Part shown: one piece after another, positions 19,085 to 29,683 of the stretch
Position numbering within the stretch: position 1 is the first letter of the stretch
Layout of the letters: every line of letters begins with the position of its first letter
Assembly (NCBI GenBank): GCA_963803435.1
Contig: CAWDML010000001.1
Span: forward strand, 2,656,001-2,720,000
Source: an uncultured delta proteobacterium
GTDB taxonomy: Bacteria > Myxococcota > Kuafuiibacteriia > Kuafuiibacteriales > Kuafuiibacteriaceae
DNA length: 64,000 nt
Direction of reading: 5' to 3'
Made by a program: the position numbers and the translations under genes
The notes under the pieces: model-generated
Database searches by the model: none
What the model was told of the DNA's origin: nothing
The model's input: only the letters and a program-made list of their open reading frames with translations

Positions 19085-22000
19085 AGATCGCGTTCACGAA
19101 CGTCGAGACCAGCATCCCGCCGAACACCGTGGTACCGAGCGAGTTGCGCGCGGCCGCTCCGGCGCCCGAAGCCACCATCAGCGGGACCACGCCGAGCAGG
19201 AACGCGATCGAGGTCATCAGGATCGGCCGTAGCCGCACGCCCGCCGCCTCGATCACCGCGTCGACAGGGCTCCTCCCCTGCTCGCGGAGCTGCTCGGCGA
19301 ACTCGACGATCAGGATCGCGTTCTTGCTGGCGAGACCGACGAGCATGACCAGGCCGACCTGGCAGAAGACGTCGTTGGCGAACCCGCGGAGGGCCTGGAG
19401 GGTGAGCGCGCCCATGATCGCGAGCGGCACCGAGAGGATCACCACGAACGGGAGCTTGAAGCTCTCGTACTGCGCCGACAGGACCAGAAACACGAAGATC
19501 AAGCCGAGCGCGAAGATGAGCAGCGTCTGGCTTCCGCTCTCCTTCTGCTCGAGGCTGATGCCGGTCCACTCGTAGCTCATCCCCTGCGGCAACGTCTCCG
19601 CGGCGATCTCGTCCATCGCCGCCAGGGCCTGGCCGGAGGACACACCCGGCGCGCCCTGGCCGTTGATCTCGGCCGAGCGGAAGAGGTTGTAGCGGCGGAC
19701 GATCTGCGCGGAGGTCTTCGGCGTGATCTTCACCAGCGCCTCCAGCGGGATCATGTCGCCGCTCTCGCTCTTCACGTAGAACCCGCCGATGTCGCTGGGG
19801 CTGTCGCGATACCGCTGCTCGGCCTGCACGTACACGCGATAGGTGCGGTTCGCATAGTTGAAGTCGTTGACGTACTGGCTGCCCAGGAGCACCTGGAGCG
19901 TGCCGAACACCTGCTCCAGCGAGATCCCGAGCGCCTTCGCCTTCTGGCGATCGACCTGGATATCCAGGATCGGCGTGTCGGAGGTGAATCCGGTGAAGAT
20001 CCCCCTGAGCCGCGGATCCTGGTTGGCGCGGGCGACCAGCTCGTAGGTGGCGCGGGAGAGGTCGCCGAGCGTGCGGCCCGCCGAGGTGTCCTCCACGACG
20101 AGCTGGAAGCCGCCCACCGTGCCGACGCCGCGGATCGCGGGCGGTTGGAACGGGACCACGCGCGCGCTGCCGATCCGCCCCAGCGGTCCGCGGAGCCTCT
20201 CCACCACGCTCGCCACCGACTGCTCCGGCTTGGTCCGCTCCTCCCAGGGATGCAGCAGCGCGAAGACGGTCGCGAGGTTCGGCCCGGTGCCGCTGAACGT
20301 GAAGCCGCCGACCATGAAGACGACGTTGACCTCGGGGAGCTCGCGAACGACGCCATAGACCTCGTCGAGGACCTTCTTCGTCTGCACCAGCGAGGTACCT
20401 TCGGGCGCCTGCACCGAGATGATCACGTAGCCCTGGTCCTCGTCCGGGATGAAGCCGGTCGGCACCGACCGGAGCAGCAGGACGGTCGCGAGCACGCAGA
20501 CCAGGAACGCCCCCAGGATGGCGAGCGGGCGCCGGAGGATCCGCCGGAGCGCGGCGGCGTAGCGTCGGCGGGTCCAGTCGAGGGCGCGATCGATCTGTCG
20601 AAACACGATCCACTTCTCGCCGTGGTCGTGCTTCAGCACGAGCGCGCTGAGCGCCGGCGTGAGCGTGAGCGCGCAGAACGTGGAGAGCCCGACCGACGCG
20701 GCGATCGTCAGCGCGAACTGCCGGTAGATCGAGCCGGTGGTCCCGGGGAACAGCGCGACCGGGACGAACACCGCGATCAGCACGATCGAGATCGCGACCA
20801 CCGCACCCGCGACCTCCCGCATCCCCTCCGAGGTCGCCTGCGCCGCAGGCAGCTTCCGCTGCACCATGATGCGCTCGATGTTCTCGATGACCACGATGGC
20901 GTCATCGACCACCAACCCGGTGGCGAGCGTGAGCCCGAAGAGCGTGAGCGTGTTGATCGAGAAGCCGAACAAGCGCACGAACGCAAAGGTCCCGATCAAC
21001 GATACCGGGAGCGTCAGCGCGGTGATGAGCACGCTGCGCCAACCGTGCAGGAACAGGAAGATCACCAGGATCACCAGCGCGATCGCCTCCGAGAGCGTCT
21101 TGACCACCTCGTCGATGGAGGCGCGCACGGCGAGGGTGGTGTCGGACCCGGCCTTGAACTCGACGCCTTGCGGAAAGTCCTTGGCCAGGCGATCCATCTC
21201 GCGCATCACCGCGTCGCGGACGTCGAGCGCGTTGGCCGTGGGCAGCTGGAAGATGCCGATGCCGACGCCGGCCCGGCCGTTGAACTCGAGGAGCTGCCCG
21301 TAGTTCTCGGCCCCCAGCTCGGCGCGGGCGACGTCTGAGAGGCGCACGACGCTTCCGTCGGGTCCGCGGCTGAGCACGATCTGCTCGAACTCCTCGGGCT
21401 CGACCAACCGGCCCTCGGCCTGAAGCGCGATCTGGTACTTCTGGTTGCTGTCGGCTGGAGGCGAGCCGACCTGTCCCGCGGCGACCTGGACGTTCTGCTC
21501 CTGAAGCGCGCGCACCACGTCCTGGGTGGTGAGCCGCCGCTTCGCCAGCGCGATCGGGTCGAGCCAGATGCGCATGGAGAACTTGCGTTCGCCGAAGATG
21601 CGAACCTCACCGACGCCCCTCACGCGCTTGAGCGCGTCCTTCAGGTAGACGTCGGCATAGTTGCTGAGGAACTTCGGATCGTAGCGCTCGTCCGGGCAGT
21701 AGAGGCCAAACGCGATCAACAGCTGCGTCGAGGCCTTGTTGACGACGATGCCCGCCTGGTTGACCTGGGCCGGAAGCCGGGCGGCCGCGCGGCTCACCCG
21801 GTTCTGTACGTCCACCGCGGCGACGTCGAGATCGCGCGTCGGCTCGAAGGTGATGACGATGTTACTGATGCCCTCGTTGCTGCTGGTGGAGGAGATGTAC
21901 TTCATCCCCTCCACGCCGTTGAGCTCCTGCTCGAGCGGCAGCGTCACCGCCGTCTCCACCACCTCCGAGCTGGCGCCGACGTAGACGGCCGTGACGCTCA

Positions 22001-22130
22001 CGGTGGGCGGCGCCAGATCCGGGTACTGAGCGATCGGGAGGGTGGGGATGACCAGCGCACCGGCGAGCGTCACCACGATGCAGCAGACGGAGGCGAACAC
22101 CGGTCGTCGGATGAAGAAGTCGACGAACAC
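19026..22130 (-). CDS. RND efflux permease (HAE1/AcrB family)
   Basis: 1034 aa; FFIRRPVFA, LPIAQYP, GLVVDDAIVVIEN, KNAILIVEFA, RLRPILMTS. Confidence 0.97.
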   Translation of the reverse strand: MFVDFFIRRPVFASVCCIVVTLAGALVIPTLPIAQYPDLAPPTVSVTAVYVGASSEVVETAVTLPLEQELNGVEGMKYISSTSSNEGISNIVITFEPTRDLDVAAVDVQNRVSRAAARLPAQVNQAGIVVNKASTQLLIAFGLYCPDERYDPKFLSNYADVYLKDALKRVRGVGEVRIFGERKFSMRIWLDPIALAKRRLTTQDVVRALQEQNVQVAAGQVGSPPADSNQKYQIALQAEGRLVEPEEFEQIVLSRGPDGSVVRLSDVARAELGAENYGQLLEFNGRAGVGIGIFQLPTANALDVRDAVMREMDRLAKDFPQGVEFKAGSDTTLAVRASIDEVVKTLSEAIALVILVIFLFLHGWRSVLITALTLPVSLIGTFAFVRLFGFSINTLTLFGLTLATGLVVDDAIVVIENIERIMVQRKLPAAQATSEGMREVAGAVVAISIVLIAVFVPVALFPGTTGSIYRQFALTIAASVGLSTFCALTLTPALSALVLKHDHGEKWIVFRQIDRALDWTRRRYAAALRRILRRPLAILGAFLVCVLATVLLLRSVPTGFIPDEDQGYVIISVQAPEGTSLVQTKKVLDEVYGVVRELPEVNVVFMVGGFTFSGTGPNLATVFALLHPWEERTKPEQSVASVVERLRGPLGRIGSARVVPFQPPAIRGVGTVGGFQLVVEDTSAGRTLGDLSRATYELVARANQDPRLRGIFTGFTSDTPILDIQVDRQKAKALGISLEQVFGTLQVLLGSQYVNDFNYANRTYRVYVQAEQRYRDSPSDIGGFYVKSESGDMIPLEALVKITPKTSAQIVRRYNLFRSAEINGQGAPGVSSGQALAAMDEIAAETLPQGMSYEWTGISLEQKESGSQTLLIFALGLIFVFLVLSAQYESFKLPFVVILSVPLAIMGALTLQALRGFANDVFCQVGLVMLVGLASKNAILIVEFAEQLREQGRSPVDAVIEAAGVRLRPILMTSIAFLLGVVPLMVASGAGAAARNSLGTTVFGGMLVSTFVNAIFIPGLYVLIRRPGARESRA

Positions 22131-22134
22131 CTGA

Positions 22135-23214
22135 TCAACCTGCCTGCTTCACGATGATCGGCGCGCCGTCGCGCAGCGACTGCAGAGAAGAGGTCGCGAT
22201 CCGATCCCCTTCCTTGAGTCCACCCTCGACCACGTAGGAGGTATCGCCGAGCGCACCGAGAGACACGGGGCGTCTCTCCACCACCAGCTTGCCGTCCTTC
22301 TCGAGCACCACGAACACGAACGGCTGCCCGCTCTGCCGCACCACCGCGAGCGCCGGGACCTGGAGCGCCTTCCGCGTCGAATAGACCACGCGGGCCCGCA
22401 CCAACTCGCTCGGGCGCAGCCGGACGGTGTTCTGGAAGACCGCCTTCACCTCGACCAGCTGGGAGCGCGGATCCGCCTCCGGCGCGACGAAGAAGATCGG
22501 ACTGGTGAGGAGAACCTCATCCTCCTCGTCGAGGATCTCGACGACCGTGTCGGGCGCGATCTCCCGCGCGCGCTGTGCCGGGATCCAGACGGTCAGCTCG
22601 AGCACGTCCGCCTGCGCGATGCTGGTGATCTGGGTGGTGGCGGTGACGAAGTCCCCCACGCGGGCCTGGACGTTGCCGACCACGCCGGGTACCGCCGCGC
22701 GGATCACGTGATACTGGAGCTGGACCTGGCGCTGCGAGACCATCGCGTCGGCGGCGCGGGCGGCCGCCTTGGCCGCCTCCACGTCCGCCCGGCTCCGCTC
22801 GATCTCCTCCGCGGTGGCCAGGCCCTCCTTGTAGAGCGCCTCGGCCCGGTCGCGCGTCCGCTTCGCCAGCTCGAGCTGGGCTCCGGCCGACTCCCGCTGC
22901 GCGTTCGCGGAGTCGAGCGCCGCGGTCTCCTCCCGCGCGTCGACCTCGATCAACGGGGCCCCGGCCTCCACCCGGTCGCCCGGCCGCACGTGGATCTTGC
23001 GGATGTAACCGGCCACCTGGGGGAGGACGGTGACGCTCGCGCGGGAGAGGAGCGAGCCCAGATATGCGCCCGTGTCGCGCACGTCGGTGGGAGCCAGCGC
23101 GAGCACCTCGACCTCGCGCGGAGGGGGCGCCGCGGGCGGACCGTGCCCCGCGCCGTCGCACGCCAAATCCAGGAGCAGGGCACCTGCCCACATCGCCGCG
23201 ATCAACCTTCGCAT
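22135..23214 (-). CDS. RND periplasmic adaptor (MFP) lipoprotein
   Basis: Lipobox-like DLAC; PQVAGYIRKIHVRPGDRV..G..L; GLKEGDRI. Confidence 0.93.
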   Translation of the reverse strand: MRRLIAAMWAGALLLDLACDGAGHGPPAAPPPREVEVLALAPTDVRDTGAYLGSLLSRASVTVLPQVAGYIRKIHVRPGDRVEAGAPLIEVDAREETAALDSANAQRESAGAQLELAKRTRDRAEALYKEGLATAEEIERSRADVEAAKAAARAADAMVSQRQVQLQYHVIRAAVPGVVGNVQARVGDFVTATTQITSIAQADVLELTVWIPAQRAREIAPDTVVEILDEEDEVLLTSPIFFVAPEADPRSQLVEVKAVFQNTVRLRPSELVRARVVYSTRKALQVPALAVVRQSGQPFVFVVLEKDGKLVVERRPVSLGALGDTSYVVEGGLKEGDRIATSSLQSLRDGAPIIVKQAG

Positions 23215-24572
23215 CGAGCCTCCGTGAGAAATGCGTCGAGCCGGGCCTGCACCCACTCGAACTCGCGCAGCGCCAGGTTCAGCTCCGCTTGTCTCAGCAC
23301 GGCCGCGGTCTGGACCAGCTCGAGGCTGGAGGCGCGCCCCATCTCGAAGGACCGTCGCGTCAGCGCGTCCGTCCGGGCCGCCAGATCCCTCGCATCCGTG
23401 GCGGCATCGACGAGCATCTTCGCCACCTCCTCGGCGCGCCGCGATCGCGCGACCTCGACCTCGATCGAGCGCCGCAGCGCTTCAGTTGCCTGCGCGACCT
23501 GTTCCCTGAAGCCCTCGCGCTCCTCGACCTGGCCTTCCCGGAGCCCGCCCTCCCAGAGCGGGAACGAGAGGATCGCCGAGATGCTCCAGGTCGCAAATCG
23601 GCCGGGCCCTGGGTCGGTGGTCAAGGCGAAGACGCTGCTGTTCACCCCCAGGCGGGGGAGATAGCCGGCCGAGGCCTGCTTTCGCCCCTCCTCCGCCGCG
23701 TCGAGCTGCGCCTGAGCCGAGACCAGATCGGACCGCGTCTCGGAGGGACCGAGCGGCTGGCAGTGCTTGCGGGTCTCCTCGACCAGACCCTCCAGCGCGA
23801 ACGCGTGCGTCACGCCCACCTCGCCGGGCACGCCGAGCAGCTCGCCGAGCGCCTCGCGCGTCCGCCTCAGCTGCTCGTCACCGAGGATCACGGCCGTGCG
23901 GGCGACCGCCACGTCCTGGCGCACCCGAACCACGTCGAGCTTGGTGGCCGCGCCCAGCTCGAACGTGCGGCCGGTCAGCGCGACCCGCTCGAGGGCCTGG
24001 CGCAGGCCGACCCGGTTGATCTCGGCCGCCCGCTCCGCCGCGACCACTGCGATCAGCGACTGCGCGAGGCCCTGTGTGACGCGGCGCTGGACGTCGAACA
24101 GGTGGGCCCGAGCGCTGCGCTCGCCCGCCGCCGCCGCGCCCAGCCCGCGCCAGGCGGACAAATCCACGACGGACTGCTCGACGGAGATCGCAGCGGTCGC
24201 GACCGGGCTGGTGGGCGTGCGATCGCTCGCCGCCACCGCCGCGCCTCCACCGGTCAGCACGGCGATGTCCGGATTGAGCAGATCGTAGGCGGCGACCAGC
24301 GCGACGCCCGCGTTGGGGAGCAGCACCGAGAGCGACTGCCGCCAGGAGCCCTCTGCGCGCTGGAGGCCCGCCTCCGCGCTGCGAAGCTCCGTCGACTGGC
24401 GCCGGAGCATCGCCTCCGCCTGGTCCCAGGTCGCGATCTCCTGGGACGCGCGCGCCACCGGAGCCACCAGCGGATCGCTGAGCTCGACCTCGAACGGTCG
24501 GGGCGGCGCCAGCGTCGACGTCGGCACTTCGGCCGGCCCGGCCAGCAGCAAGACGATCGGAACGGTCCACAT
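23202..24572 (-). CDS. TolC family outer-membrane factor
   Basis: Two OEP repeats (FELGAATKLDV; RSDL..A...YLPRL; FPLWEGG; FEMGRASSLEL). Confidence 0.9.
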   Translation of the reverse strand: MWTVPIVLLLAGPAEVPTSTLAPPRPFEVELSDPLVAPVARASQEIATWDQAEAMLRRQSTELRSAEAGLQRAEGSWRQSLSVLLPNAGVALVAAYDLLNPDIAVLTGGGAAVAASDRTPTSPVATAAISVEQSVVDLSAWRGLGAAAAGERSARAHLFDVQRRVTQGLAQSLIAVVAAERAAEINRVGLRQALERVALTGRTFELGAATKLDVVRVRQDVAVARTAVILGDEQLRRTREALGELLGVPGEVGVTHAFALEGLVEETRKHCQPLGPSETRSDLVSAQAQLDAAEEGRKQASAGYLPRLGVNSSVFALTTDPGPGRFATWSISAILSFPLWEGGLREGQVEEREGFREQVAQATEALRRSIEVEVARSRRAEEVAKMLVDAATDARDLAARTDALTRRSFEMGRASSLELVQTAAVLRQAELNLALREFEWVQARLDAFLTEARCEG

Positions 24573-24588
24573 CCGCCGGCTCCCGAAG

Positions 24589-24617
24589 TAGTTGGCAATA
24601 GTTGTGAAAGTCAAATA
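24589..24617. promoter_or_regulatory. MarR-type operator and divergent promoter region
   Basis: AT-rich TAGTTG-TGAAAGT-CAAATA imperfect inverted repeat, second TAGTTG 10 bp upstream; minus-strand TTGACT-N18-TACTTC. Confidence 0.6.
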
Positions 24618-24631
24618 GCGTCGCGAGCGGG

Positions 24632-25057
24632 ATGAAGGTCGTCGAGGACTTCGGTCGCCTGTGCCGGACCATCCATCGCAGAATGGTCCATCGGGTTGCC
24701 CTGAAGTCGAGCCGCCCCTACCAGCAGCTCCGCGCCCTCCGCGCCCTCGAGCAGGAGAAGATCGAGACCCAGAATGCGCTGGCCGAACGCCTCTGTATCG
24801 ACGCGCCGGCCACCAGCCGTCTGGTCCGCCACCTCGAGACCGCCCGCCTCCTCCGGCGCCACCCCGGCGAGGACAAACGTTGCGTTCGACTCGAGGTGAC
24901 CCGCAAGGCCCAGCGCGAGGTGGAGACCCTGAGCCAGACCCTCGAGTGGATGAACCGGGAGGTGAAGCGCCACCTCACCGTCTCGGAGGTGAAGGCCTTC
25001 GCGCGGATCCTGGCCAAGCTGAACCGGGCCCTGGAGGACGAGGTCGAAGAGGAGTGA
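24632..25057 (+). CDS. MarR family transcriptional regulator
   Basis: TQNALAERLCIDAPATSRLV..LE...L.RR....DKR...L.VT; divergent from the efflux operon. Confidence 0.93.
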   Translation: MKVVEDFGRLCRTIHRRMVHRVALKSSRPYQQLRALRALEQEKIETQNALAERLCIDAPATSRLVRHLETARLLRRHPGEDKRCVRLEVTRKAQREVETLSQTLEWMNREVKRHLTVSEVKAFARILAKLNRALEDEVEEE

Positions 25058-25059
25058 GG

Positions 25060-26325
25060 TCAGCCCGCGAAGCCCGGACGGCGAGCGCGGGGCCCGAAGG
25101 AGCGCGTGCCGCGGCTCGAGCGCTGCCGCCGGCCGCCCATTCGCGACGCCGGCGGTGCCTCGGCCTGGGCCGCCTTCGCCGAGGGCGAGAGGTGGTACGG
25201 GTGGTCGGAGAACACCGTGAGCTGCTGGCGGATCAACCGCTCGATGCTGCGAAGATACGGCTGCTCGTCGGCGTCGCAGAAGGAGATCGCCGCGCCCTCG
25301 GCGCCAGCGCGGGCCGTCCGGCCGATCCGATGCACGTAGCTCTCGGGCTCATTCGGAAGATCGTAGTTGATCACGTGGGTGATGCCTTCGACGTCGATTC
25401 CACGCGCCGCGATGTCGGTCGCCACCAGCACGCGCACCCGACCCCGCTTGAAGGCGTCGAGCGCCCGCTGCCGTGCGCCCTGTGATTTGTTGCCGTGGAT
25501 CGCCTCGGCCGGCACCTTGATCGCGCCGAGCTGTTTCGCGACTTGATTGGCGCCCCGCTTGGTCCGGGTGAAGACGAGCGCACGGTTGATCCGCGGATCG
25601 CTCAGGAGCTCGCCGAGGAGCGCGCGCTTGTCGCCACGTCGCACGAACAGGACCCGCTGGTCGATCCGATCGGCCGTCGCCGAGATCGGCGCGACCGCCA
25701 CCCGGATCGGATCGATGAGGAGATCCGAGGCGAGGCGGGCGATCGCATCCGGCATCGTCGCCGAGAACAGCAACGACTGCTTCTTCTTGGGGAGGAAGGA
25801 GAGGATGCGCTCCACGTCGCGGATGAAGCCCATGTCGAGCATCCGATCGGCCTCGTCGAGAACCGCGATCTCCACCTGATCGAGCTGGATGTGTCCTTGA
25901 CCGATGAGGTCGAGGAGCCGGCCCGGCGTCGCCACCAGCACCTCCACGCCTCGCCGCATCGCGGCCACCTGGGGCCGCTGGCCGACACCGCCGTAGATGA
26001 CGGTGTGGCCAATCTCGGTGAAGCGGCCGTATGCGCCGAAGCTGTCGTCGATCTGCGCCGCCAGCTCTCGCGTGGGGGTCAACACGAGCGCCCGCGGTCG
26101 CCGCGGCTGCGCGCGCTTGCCGCGGCTGAGATGCTGGAGGATGGGGAGGGCGAAGGCGGCGGTCTTGCCGGTCCCGGTCTGCGCGCAACCGAGGAGGTCG
26201 CGGCCCTTCAGCACGTGGGGGATCGCTTCGCTTTGAATGGGGGTCGGGGTCTCGTAGCCTTCGGCACGGATCGCCCGGAGAAGGGGCTCGATGAGCCCGA
26301 GCTCGGAGAAATTTTTGTCTGTCAT
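25060..26325 (-). CDS. rhlE: DEAD-box RNA helicase, RhlE-like
   Basis: [37 protein letters not shown]. Confidence 0.93.
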   Translation of the reverse strand: MTDKNFSELGLIEPLLRAIRAEGYETPTPIQSEAIPHVLKGRDLLGCAQTGTGKTAAFALPILQHLSRGKRAQPRRPRALVLTPTRELAAQIDDSFGAYGRFTEIGHTVIYGGVGQRPQVAAMRRGVEVLVATPGRLLDLIGQGHIQLDQVEIAVLDEADRMLDMGFIRDVERILSFLPKKKQSLLFSATMPDAIARLASDLLIDPIRVAVAPISATADRIDQRVLFVRRGDKRALLGELLSDPRINRALVFTRTKRGANQVAKQLGAIKVPAEAIHGNKSQGARQRALDAFKRGRVRVLVATDIAARGIDVEGITHVINYDLPNEPESYVHRIGRTARAGAEGAAISFCDADEQPYLRSIERLIRQQLTVFSDHPYHLSPSAKAAQAEAPPASRMGGRRQRSSRGTRSFGPRARRPGFAG

Positions 26326-26580
26326 TCCTGTCCTGCGACCCGCCCGCGCGATGAGGGGCCCGCGGTTCAACTCTCGGATGGTGACGGGTCGGAGGGAGTG
26401 CCAATGACGCGCTTCGCGCGATCGCGAGAGGATGTTTCTCCGGCAGTTGGACCCGTCTGGCGTGCCATGTCAAGAAAACTTGCAATTCGGGGATCGAAAT
26501 CGAACGGTTGCGGGCAACCACCGCCGGCGCAGCGGGTGAAAGCCGGACCCGCCGGTGGCCACGGGCGGTATCGAGGCGTC

Positions 26581-27436
26581 ATGCGCTCGCTGCTCGCGCT
26601 CATGCTGCTCATCGTCCCGGCGGAGGCGTACGCCGTTCCAGCGCCGCCTCAGTGCCCCTGGATGTTCGGTTTCGTCGATCCGCTCCAGCCGATCACGGGC
26701 GATGGGCTCGCGCCGAACAGCTCGATCTGGCTGAGGGACTACGGCTCCCACACCTTCGCAGTCTTCGACGCCGATCGCGACGTCGAGGTCGAATCGGAGG
26801 AGACGCGGACGCTGCTCACCGCGACACAGGGCGCGCTGGTCCAGCTCCGGCCGCTCGCCGGCTTTCGCACCGGCGCCCGCTACGAGGTGCGCTCCGACGC
26901 CGTGAATCCGGGGCCGCTGGTCGTCGACACGGCCACCGACACCGAGGCGCCCGCGCCGCCGGTGGTGACCGCGACCCGGAACATCACCAGCCCGTACGAC
27001 CTCTGCGCGACGGCCGGCATCATCTTCGAGGTGACGCCGCCGGACGAGCCGGTCATCGAGCTGCTCGAGGACGCGAGCAGCGGAGCGCTGCTCGAGAATC
27101 GGCGTGGGCTATCGCGGGATCTCTCCGAACCTGACGGTGCCCGCGCTCGCGAACATGCCTCTGTCCGTGCGGGTGGTGGCGATGGATCTGGCCGGCAATC
27201 GCTCGGAGGCGACCGACACGTTCACGCTCGATTCGGGGAGCACCCCCGTGATCCAGGGCCGGCCGGGCGGCGGACCGCTCGGCGATAGCCCAGACGGCGG
27301 TTGCCGGTGCGTGCGATCCCAGACGAACGCGGCGGGGCCGCTGTTGCTGCTCGGAATGCTGTTGCTGCTGAAGCGCCCGCGGCGGCTCAGTCCTTCGGGT
27401 GCAGCAGCTGAAAGACGAGCTTCATCCCGCCGATGA
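26581..27436 (+). CDS. Exported protein with MYXO-CTERM-like sorting tail; frameshift near 27097
   Basis: Signal peptide; AMDLAGNRS; tail GGCRCV...LLLLGMLLLLKRPRR; removing one A at 27097 joins the frames. Confidence 0.75.
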
Positions 27437-28244
27437 TCCGAGGCCCGGGCCGGAACAGCCCGCCGAGCTCCACCGCATGCACGCGCCCGTGCTTCACCGC
27501 CGGGATGGTGCTGAAGCGCGCCCACGGCTTCGGGCCGGCCAGCCCGTGGACCTCGGAGGCGTCGATGATCACGTCGGGCTGCGCCACCACCAGCTGCTCG
27601 GCCGACCAGTGCGGGTACGCGCCGCCGGCGGCAGCCCCGACCACGTTCCTTCCGTTGAGCGCCGCCACGATGGTGTCGGCGAAGCTCCCCGGCCCGGCCA
27701 CCACGAGCGGATTCCATCCGTAGATGACGGCCACCTTGACCGGCGGGAGCCGCGCCGCCTTCTTGGAGAGCTGCAACAGCGCGGCGATGATGTCCCGCTC
27801 CAGATCCTTTCCCCGCTTGGCGGCGTCCTCTCCCAGCACGGGACCGACGCCGCGGATCGCGTGGAAGACGTCCGCGAAGCTGTTGCCGGGCACCACCAAC
27901 ACGGGCACGCCCAGCTCGGCGATCCGCTCCAGCGCGGGACGGTTCCCTGCGTTCGGTACCCCGATCACCAGGTCGGGCGAGAGGGCGATGATCGCCTCCG
28001 GGTTGGGGTCCAGGAAGCCGCCGATCTTGGGTAGCTTCGCCACCGCGGGCGGATAGTCGTCGTAGCGCGAGACGCCGACCACGCGGCGGCCCGCGCCCAG
28101 CGCGAAGATCAGCTCCGTCACGCTGGGCGCCACCGTCACGATCCGCTCGATCGCCTTCGGCCGCGCCTTCGAGAGCCACTGCGTCTCGACGCTGGGAGGA
28201 TCCGTCCAGGGCACACCGGCGAGGAGGAGGAGGAATGCGATCAT
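27387..28244 (-). CDS. btuF: BtuF-like helical-backbone periplasmic binding protein (cobalamin)
   Basis: RIVTVAPSVTELIFALG...VVGVS.YDDYP...PNPEAIIALSPDLVI...RPGPRI; last gene of the riboswitch operon. Confidence 0.85.
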   Translation of the reverse strand: MIAFLLLLAGVPWTDPPSVETQWLSKARPKAIERIVTVAPSVTELIFALGAGRRVVGVSRYDDYPPAVAKLPKIGGFLDPNPEAIIALSPDLVIGVPNAGNRPALERIAELGVPVLVVPGNSFADVFHAIRGVGPVLGEDAAKRGKDLERDIIAALLQLSKKAARLPPVKVAVIYGWNPLVVAGPGSFADTIVAALNGRNVVGAAAGGAYPHWSAEQLVVAQPDVIIDASEVHGLAGPKPWARFSTIPAVKHGRVHAVELGGLFRPGPRIIGGMKLVFQLLHPKD

Positions 28245-29683
28245 GGTCCCAGCACCTTTCTGAGCTCGATCGGCACCAGCTCCGAGGCGATCCCCATCAG
28301 CGCCAGCAGATCGGGGCCCACGAAGTCGACGCCGCGCCGGCCCGGTCGCCGCGCCACGATCTGGAGCCCGTCGAATACGGGACGCCCCGGTCCGATCACG
28401 AGCGGCGAGAAGAACGGTGCTGGATCGAGCTCACCCGTCCGCGCGTCGAGGATGTGCAGGAGGTCGGTGTCGAAGGACGGGACACCGACGAGCCCGCCTC
28501 CGAGATCGACCAGACGAAAGACGCTATCGACGGCCTCGTCGTTGAGCGCCACCTCCTCCGTCGTTTCACCCGATCGAAGCTGGAGGCGCGCGCTCGCCAG
28601 CGAAGCCACCACGATCCGGCCCGCCGCGATCAACGCGGAGCCGGGCGCGAAGTCACCCAGACCGATCCGATCGGTCACCGCGAGCGTCACCGGATCGAAG
28701 AACGTGAGGGCACCCTCGCTCAGCGGATGCACACCGTCGCGCTGATCGATGATCCCGGAGCTCACCGCCAGCCCGCGCCCGTCGTCCAGAATGCGGAGCT
28801 CCTGCGGGTCGAGCGCGTCGAGGATCAACAGCAGCGGCGCAGCGTCCAGGTCGTCGAGCGACCACGACGCGATCACGCTCGGCACGAACACCGGGCCGCG
28901 CTCGCCGTCGAGCCGCCGCGAGACGAAGCCGGTATACGCGACCAGGAGGCGATCGCCTGCGGTCGCCATGGCCTGCGGCGCGCGGGCGGTGAACCGCTCC
29001 ACCTCGGTCTCCGGCGTGCCGTCTCCGTCGACGTCGGCCGGGCGCGACAGCGGGAAGGGCCGCTCGAGCACGACCGTGGGCGGTGCCAGGGAACGCTCGA
29101 CCGTCCCCGCCGCCAGATCGATCAGCTGCACGCGGCCGCGATCGAAGTCCGAGACCGCGATCCGGCGGCGCTCGGCATCGATCACCGCGGCGAAGAACGG
29201 CCGCCCCTCGGTCCGCACGCCCTGGTCCGAGAGGCCTCGGGAGAGATCCACCACGCTGACGCCGGCGTCGCCCGAACGGACCAGGACGCCGTACGCGCCC
29301 TCCCCCGCGCCCGCGATCACCAGATCGTTCGGGAGGCTCCCAGCGCCGGCCAGCACCGGCCGCACCGCCTCCTCCCGCGCGCGATTCGGCTGGCGGAGCC
29401 GATACTCGAGCCCGGCATCCAGCCGCAGCGGATCGTCGCCGGACAGCAGCACGCGAAAGCGCCCATCAGCGTCGGGCACGATCGTCTGATCGCCGGCGCG
29501 GATCGGCCCCTGGAGCGCGCCGTCGAACCCGCCGAAGAGCGCGCCACCGTCCGTCTTCACGTAGTACGTGAGCTCCGGGCGCACGCCGGGCACGTCGGGG
29601 ATCGGCCCCTCCAACGGCCGTGCTGTGTCCGTCCCGCCGCACGCGGCCGCCAGCCCGAGCACCACGATCGCGCGGCGACTCAC
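28241..29683 (-). CDS. Beta-propeller-like lipoprotein in the B12 uptake operon
   Basis: Lipobox LAAAC; repeated V.VVDL..G blades; DVDGDG loop; overlaps both neighbours. Confidence 0.6.
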   Translation of the reverse strand: MSRRAIVVLGLAAACGGTDTARPLEGPIPDVPGVRPELTYYVKTDGGALFGGFDGALQGPIRAGDQTIVPDADGRFRVLLSGDDPLRLDAGLEYRLRQPNRAREEAVRPVLAGAGSLPNDLVIAGAGEGAYGVLVRSGDAGVSVVDLSRGLSDQGVRTEGRPFFAAVIDAERRRIAVSDFDRGRVQLIDLAAGTVERSLAPPTVVLERPFPLSRPADVDGDGTPETEVERFTARAPQAMATAGDRLLVAYTGFVSRRLDGERGPVFVPSVIASWSLDDLDAAPLLLILDALDPQELRILDDGRGLAVSSGIIDQRDGVHPLSEGALTFFDPVTLAVTDRIGLGDFAPGSALIAAGRIVVASLASARLQLRSGETTEEVALNDEAVDSVFRLVDLGGGLVGVPSFDTDLLHILDARTGELDPAPFFSPLVIGPGRPVFDGLQIVARRPGRRGVDFVGPDLLALMGIASELVPIELRKVLGP